A DNA stretch of 64,000 bases from positions 46,500,001 through 46,564,000 of the forward strand of contig OZ076415.1 in the NCBI GenBank assembly GCA_964187785.1, in the 5' to 3' direction. Under the pieces are notes generated by a model. It saw only the letters and a list, made by a program, of their open reading frames with translations. It did not search any database and was not told the origin of the DNA. A program made the translations under genes and the position numbers. Shown piece after piece: positions 60,601 through 64,000 of the stretch (its first letter is position 1; every line of letters starts with the position of its first letter). Source of the stretch: Amphiscolops sp. MND2022. Lineage: Eukaryota.

Positions 60601-63045
60601 GAGTTTCTCTGCGTGGTCAGTTTCTATTCGTTTAATTTTAGTAGAATAAAAGCGTTTTACGAGCAGAGAGGGCCCCCATAGAGCATTTTTTTGGCACTAT
60701 GTGATTTACCAATTTTTTCTTGAAAAATTGGCCTTTTTTTCTAAAAACTCAATTTGTTTTTTTGAGGTTTTTTGCAAGAGGCATAAAGGCGATCTTTTTG
60801 GTTTTTTTCCGGGTCTGTTTGGGAAAAAAATCTTATATTCGTATGTTTTGTGAAACTTTCAGTTTTTTACAGTAATATTTTTTACATGGGAAGAATGGGT
60901 CATCCTATGGCTAATTCCAATGAAAACAGATTCCATGTCAAACGTGCGTCCTAATTTATCAACCGTGACAGATAACCGTGCTCGATGCTCTTAAGTCTTT
61001 CGGTAATGAGAAACGTATGTTTTTAATCCATAACCGCGAGGCATCAAGGTTCCATTCATCAGTAACTGAGCTCGGATATCATCATTTGCATAGCAAAAGG
61101 TAACAAGAGGGGCCGATACTTGGCAAAATAAGACGTACTTGTCTTTTTAAACACATTAGCTGGACAATAAATTCAAATTATATGGCACGAACTTGATCCA
61201 ATTTGGATGCTATTGTATTGTATAGAACTGATGGTACAGTACGCGTATTGGGTTACTATGAAGAGACTAACATGATAGCTTTGAAGAGCAAGCAACGTTG
61301 CAACAGTGCTGATGAAAAGGAAGCGAAGATAGCACTAGAGAAACATGGCAGCAAACACTAGGGGCTAAGCCGAGAAAAGTAAAATCTGGGTTAGAGTGAA
61401 AAAAATCTGAACTATAGGGTGGTAGTAACTGAAAGGGTTACGTAACTATTGCGCAGTCCTAACCATTCGCGGGTTAGGTTACCATGTTCTTATATCTACG
61501 CTAAGTAACGCATTAATAGCACTATAACCGGCGGGTGCTTTTTTATTATTACCCTTATTATAGTGGGCGGACAAGGTTATGTAATAAATAATTATATTCA
61601 AAACACTCGGCGTATCTACTTTTGAGATTCAAATTCGACACTTGCAGTTCTCACAAGGCCATCTAGCAGAAGACATCTGTCGACTCTTATCCACACTTCA
61701 AGATAGTGCAAGACAGTTTCTCTCCCGATGTCGAAAAACCCGAATTAACTGTCACCCTATAAACATTGACACCTTCACACATAATTTTCATTCCAAAGAT
61801 GCCAAAAAATGGAACACTGTTAATTGTATTCAATTTTTTTGAAGCCTGGACACCGCCGCAGAAATGTAAGTCACTCGAATTAATTCACTAATAGCATTTA
61901 AAAGTTACTTTTCCCAAAAAAAATCTGCTCAGCATTTACTTGAATAAATGCAATGGTCTTCGTTTTTAAATAAGACTAAAGACGGCTGTTGATGAAAGCT
62001 AGCTTTTCACAGACCTTTTAAAAAATCTTCTGAAAGGATCCCACGCTACGGATCCAGGTTTGTTGGCAATAAGTTGTTTGCCATTCAGTTAACGAGAGGG
62101 TCAATCTGAAAATGAATATTGGAAGTGGCGTCGTTACGCTGCAAGCTGCAGAGCCTACCTGCAGTGTCATCAACTGTCCAGTAAAATTAAATGGGAAAAA
62201 TTTCAGCAAGTGGAGGACCAATTTTAAAAATAAAACACCGAAAAGAAAATCAAAGGATTGATCGTCAAGATTAGCACCAGGACACTTTGAACATCTGGAA
62301 CGGAAGCCAATTTTTAGCTACCTCAGATGTCAAAAATTCGAATACGAAATTTCTAACTTACTGTTTTTTTCAAAACTCAACTTTTGAAAAAATGTAGCTA
62401 CGATTCACGAAAAATAAATGGTGAATGGCAAATCCAATCAGTGAAACATTTAGAAATCTTGCTAGCGGTTAAAGAGGATTCAATCGAACGAACAGATATC
62501 ACTTCTGAAAGGATTGACATCAAGGTCTAACGATGAAAAACAACCTGACATTTTAATAAATTTTGATTGTTCCGAAATGGATTAAAATATTTATTCATAA
62601 GTACTTAATTCAAGTAGTCTGCCAAAATGTCTCATTCGGAAGCAAGAAGAAGCGAATTTAGTTTTTAACAATGATCCGGTTGAGCTCAGAACATCTCATT
62701 TAGTTCTTACGTAGCTGAAAAGGTATTTACTTTTATAATTTTTAGTGTTTCGATTTCGATTTTCAAAAGCAAACAAGATAACGCAAAATCAATAGACAAA
62801 AAGAAGTGGAATCGGCCGTAGTCTCAAAGGCTGCTTAAAAAACTAATAAAATGGTAACTTAATTTCGCGCAGGCCATTTTCTAAGTAGAGTTCAGACGCA
62901 GATAGAAAAGCGCTTTTGATAGAAAATAGGCCCCTCCGGGGCTCAGTACTATTTCTGCTTTAATCTTTATTTTTTTAAAACAAAAAATCATTAATAAAAG
63001 AATCATATCTGGAATACCAATACACTCCTGTTTAATCATTACTTA

Positions 63046-63408
63046 GAGCACAATTAATCACTGTACAAGTTTACACCGCCTTTAATTCTTCTCGGACTAA
63101 AGAAAATATAACTAAGCGTAGACGAAGTTTCGCATTCGCATTTGAATGCAGGCGAAGCTCTCAACGAACGAATAATTAACACTCATTCGCTTCATCTCAA
63201 TGACGTCAGCATACGAATGGATAATTACCACTCGCTCGTTCTATCGCACTAGAATTGAATTGTTGTCGGCAGCTTTCCCACGCTTACACTCACTGCCGAA
63301 CAAAATATCTGAATTATTCAGTAGGACGAAATTTGACGACTGAAAAAAAAAAAAGGACCAACTTTGAGGTTACAATAACATTCCTGCTAAAGCAGAAATA
63401 TTAAAAAC
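63046..63408 (+). repeat. Dispersed ~360-bp repeat, copy 2
   Basis: Homologous to 49604-50030 throughout. Confidence 0.9.
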
Positions 63409-63575
63409 GCAGACTGCAGACTATAAAAGCTGCTTTTTGAGCCCCGCGAGCTGACAGACCAAATTTCAAGAAGTAGTTAATTTCTAACAACCCGGTGAGC
63501 ATGAAATGAAAAGTACAACACCCTCTAATCGTGTTGAGAATATTGAAAACCTGACGTTACCTTCTTTCATTACAG

Positions 63576-63785
63576 GTCATGCAACAACAGGGTACGGACG
63601 ATAAAAGCGACAAGTGGAGAAAAGGGGGAGGGGTGAACGGAGAAGTCTCCTCTACTACGCCTTCTCTCTTGCTCAACAACCCAGCCTGCCCCGATATACC
63701 ATCCATTGTGATTAGAGACATCGATGCTCCCAGTATGACCTCTTCTCAAAATTTATCCAAGCTCCCATCCATGGAAGATCTCAGG
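63576..63785 (+). CDS. Possible internal exon of an unidentified gene
   Basis: GC-richer open frame preceded by ttcattacag (acceptor-like) and followed by ctcag|gttag (donor-like); no domain recognised. Confidence 0.25.
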
Positions 63786-64000
63786 TTAGAACTCAAATTC
63801 AAAATAAGCGATTCGTTTCATTATTATCAAAGCTTATATAAACCTGTATAGCTTTTGAATAACCAGAATCAAAAATAGGACCCTTCGGGGCATGGAAATT
63901 TGTAATTGCAAAAATTTGCAATTAAAAAAAATTCGGAATGATAGAATTTCATCATAGAACTCATTTCCAAACGAGTTTTTGAGAAATGCGGGTAGAAGTT

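Noticed and set aside
61340-61500. Scattered GGGTTAG/CTAACC telomere-like words
   Set aside because: Only a few non-tandem occurrences; insufficient to call an interstitial telomere or an element.

Overview
AT-rich eukaryotic (animal-type, GT-AG introns) genomic window. The first ~45 kb is almost entirely mobile or virus-derived DNA; the last ~18 kb holds a compact set of host genes. Main result: a spliced 4-exon gene (17492-21462) encodes a single polypeptide combining a Suv4-20-like SET histone methyltransferase, a C2H2 finger, a tyrosine recombinase (R-K-[T]xxR-H-Y) and a Myb/SANT-like tail. Directly upstream, on the same strand, is an intact 5-exon KDM2/KDM7-type JmjC demethylase gene (14968-17048). 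The pair is bracketed by clusters of a CAA(C/G)TTGC motif next to (ATT)n tracts, so it looks like a Crypton-like element carrying both a chromatin writer and an eraser. Around it are a CRESS-virus Rep-like SF3 helicase ORF, a TA-flanked MITE, three tandem ~2.63 kb near-identical units separated by (ATT)n, a FLYWCH ORF, a hAT fragment, a decayed Helitron-like RepHel with duplicated accessory ORFs, a decayed class I fusion (env/F-like) gene, a divergent cupin/JmjC-like ORF and a decayed LINE RT. Host genes, all on the minus strand: MKRN2OS-like, a double B-box/coiled-coil protein, HTATIP2/TIP30 and cyclophilin A. The cyclophilin intron holds a dead Tc1 (DD34E) element that itself carries a nested insertion. 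All family assignments come from motif recognition by eye; no database searches were run.
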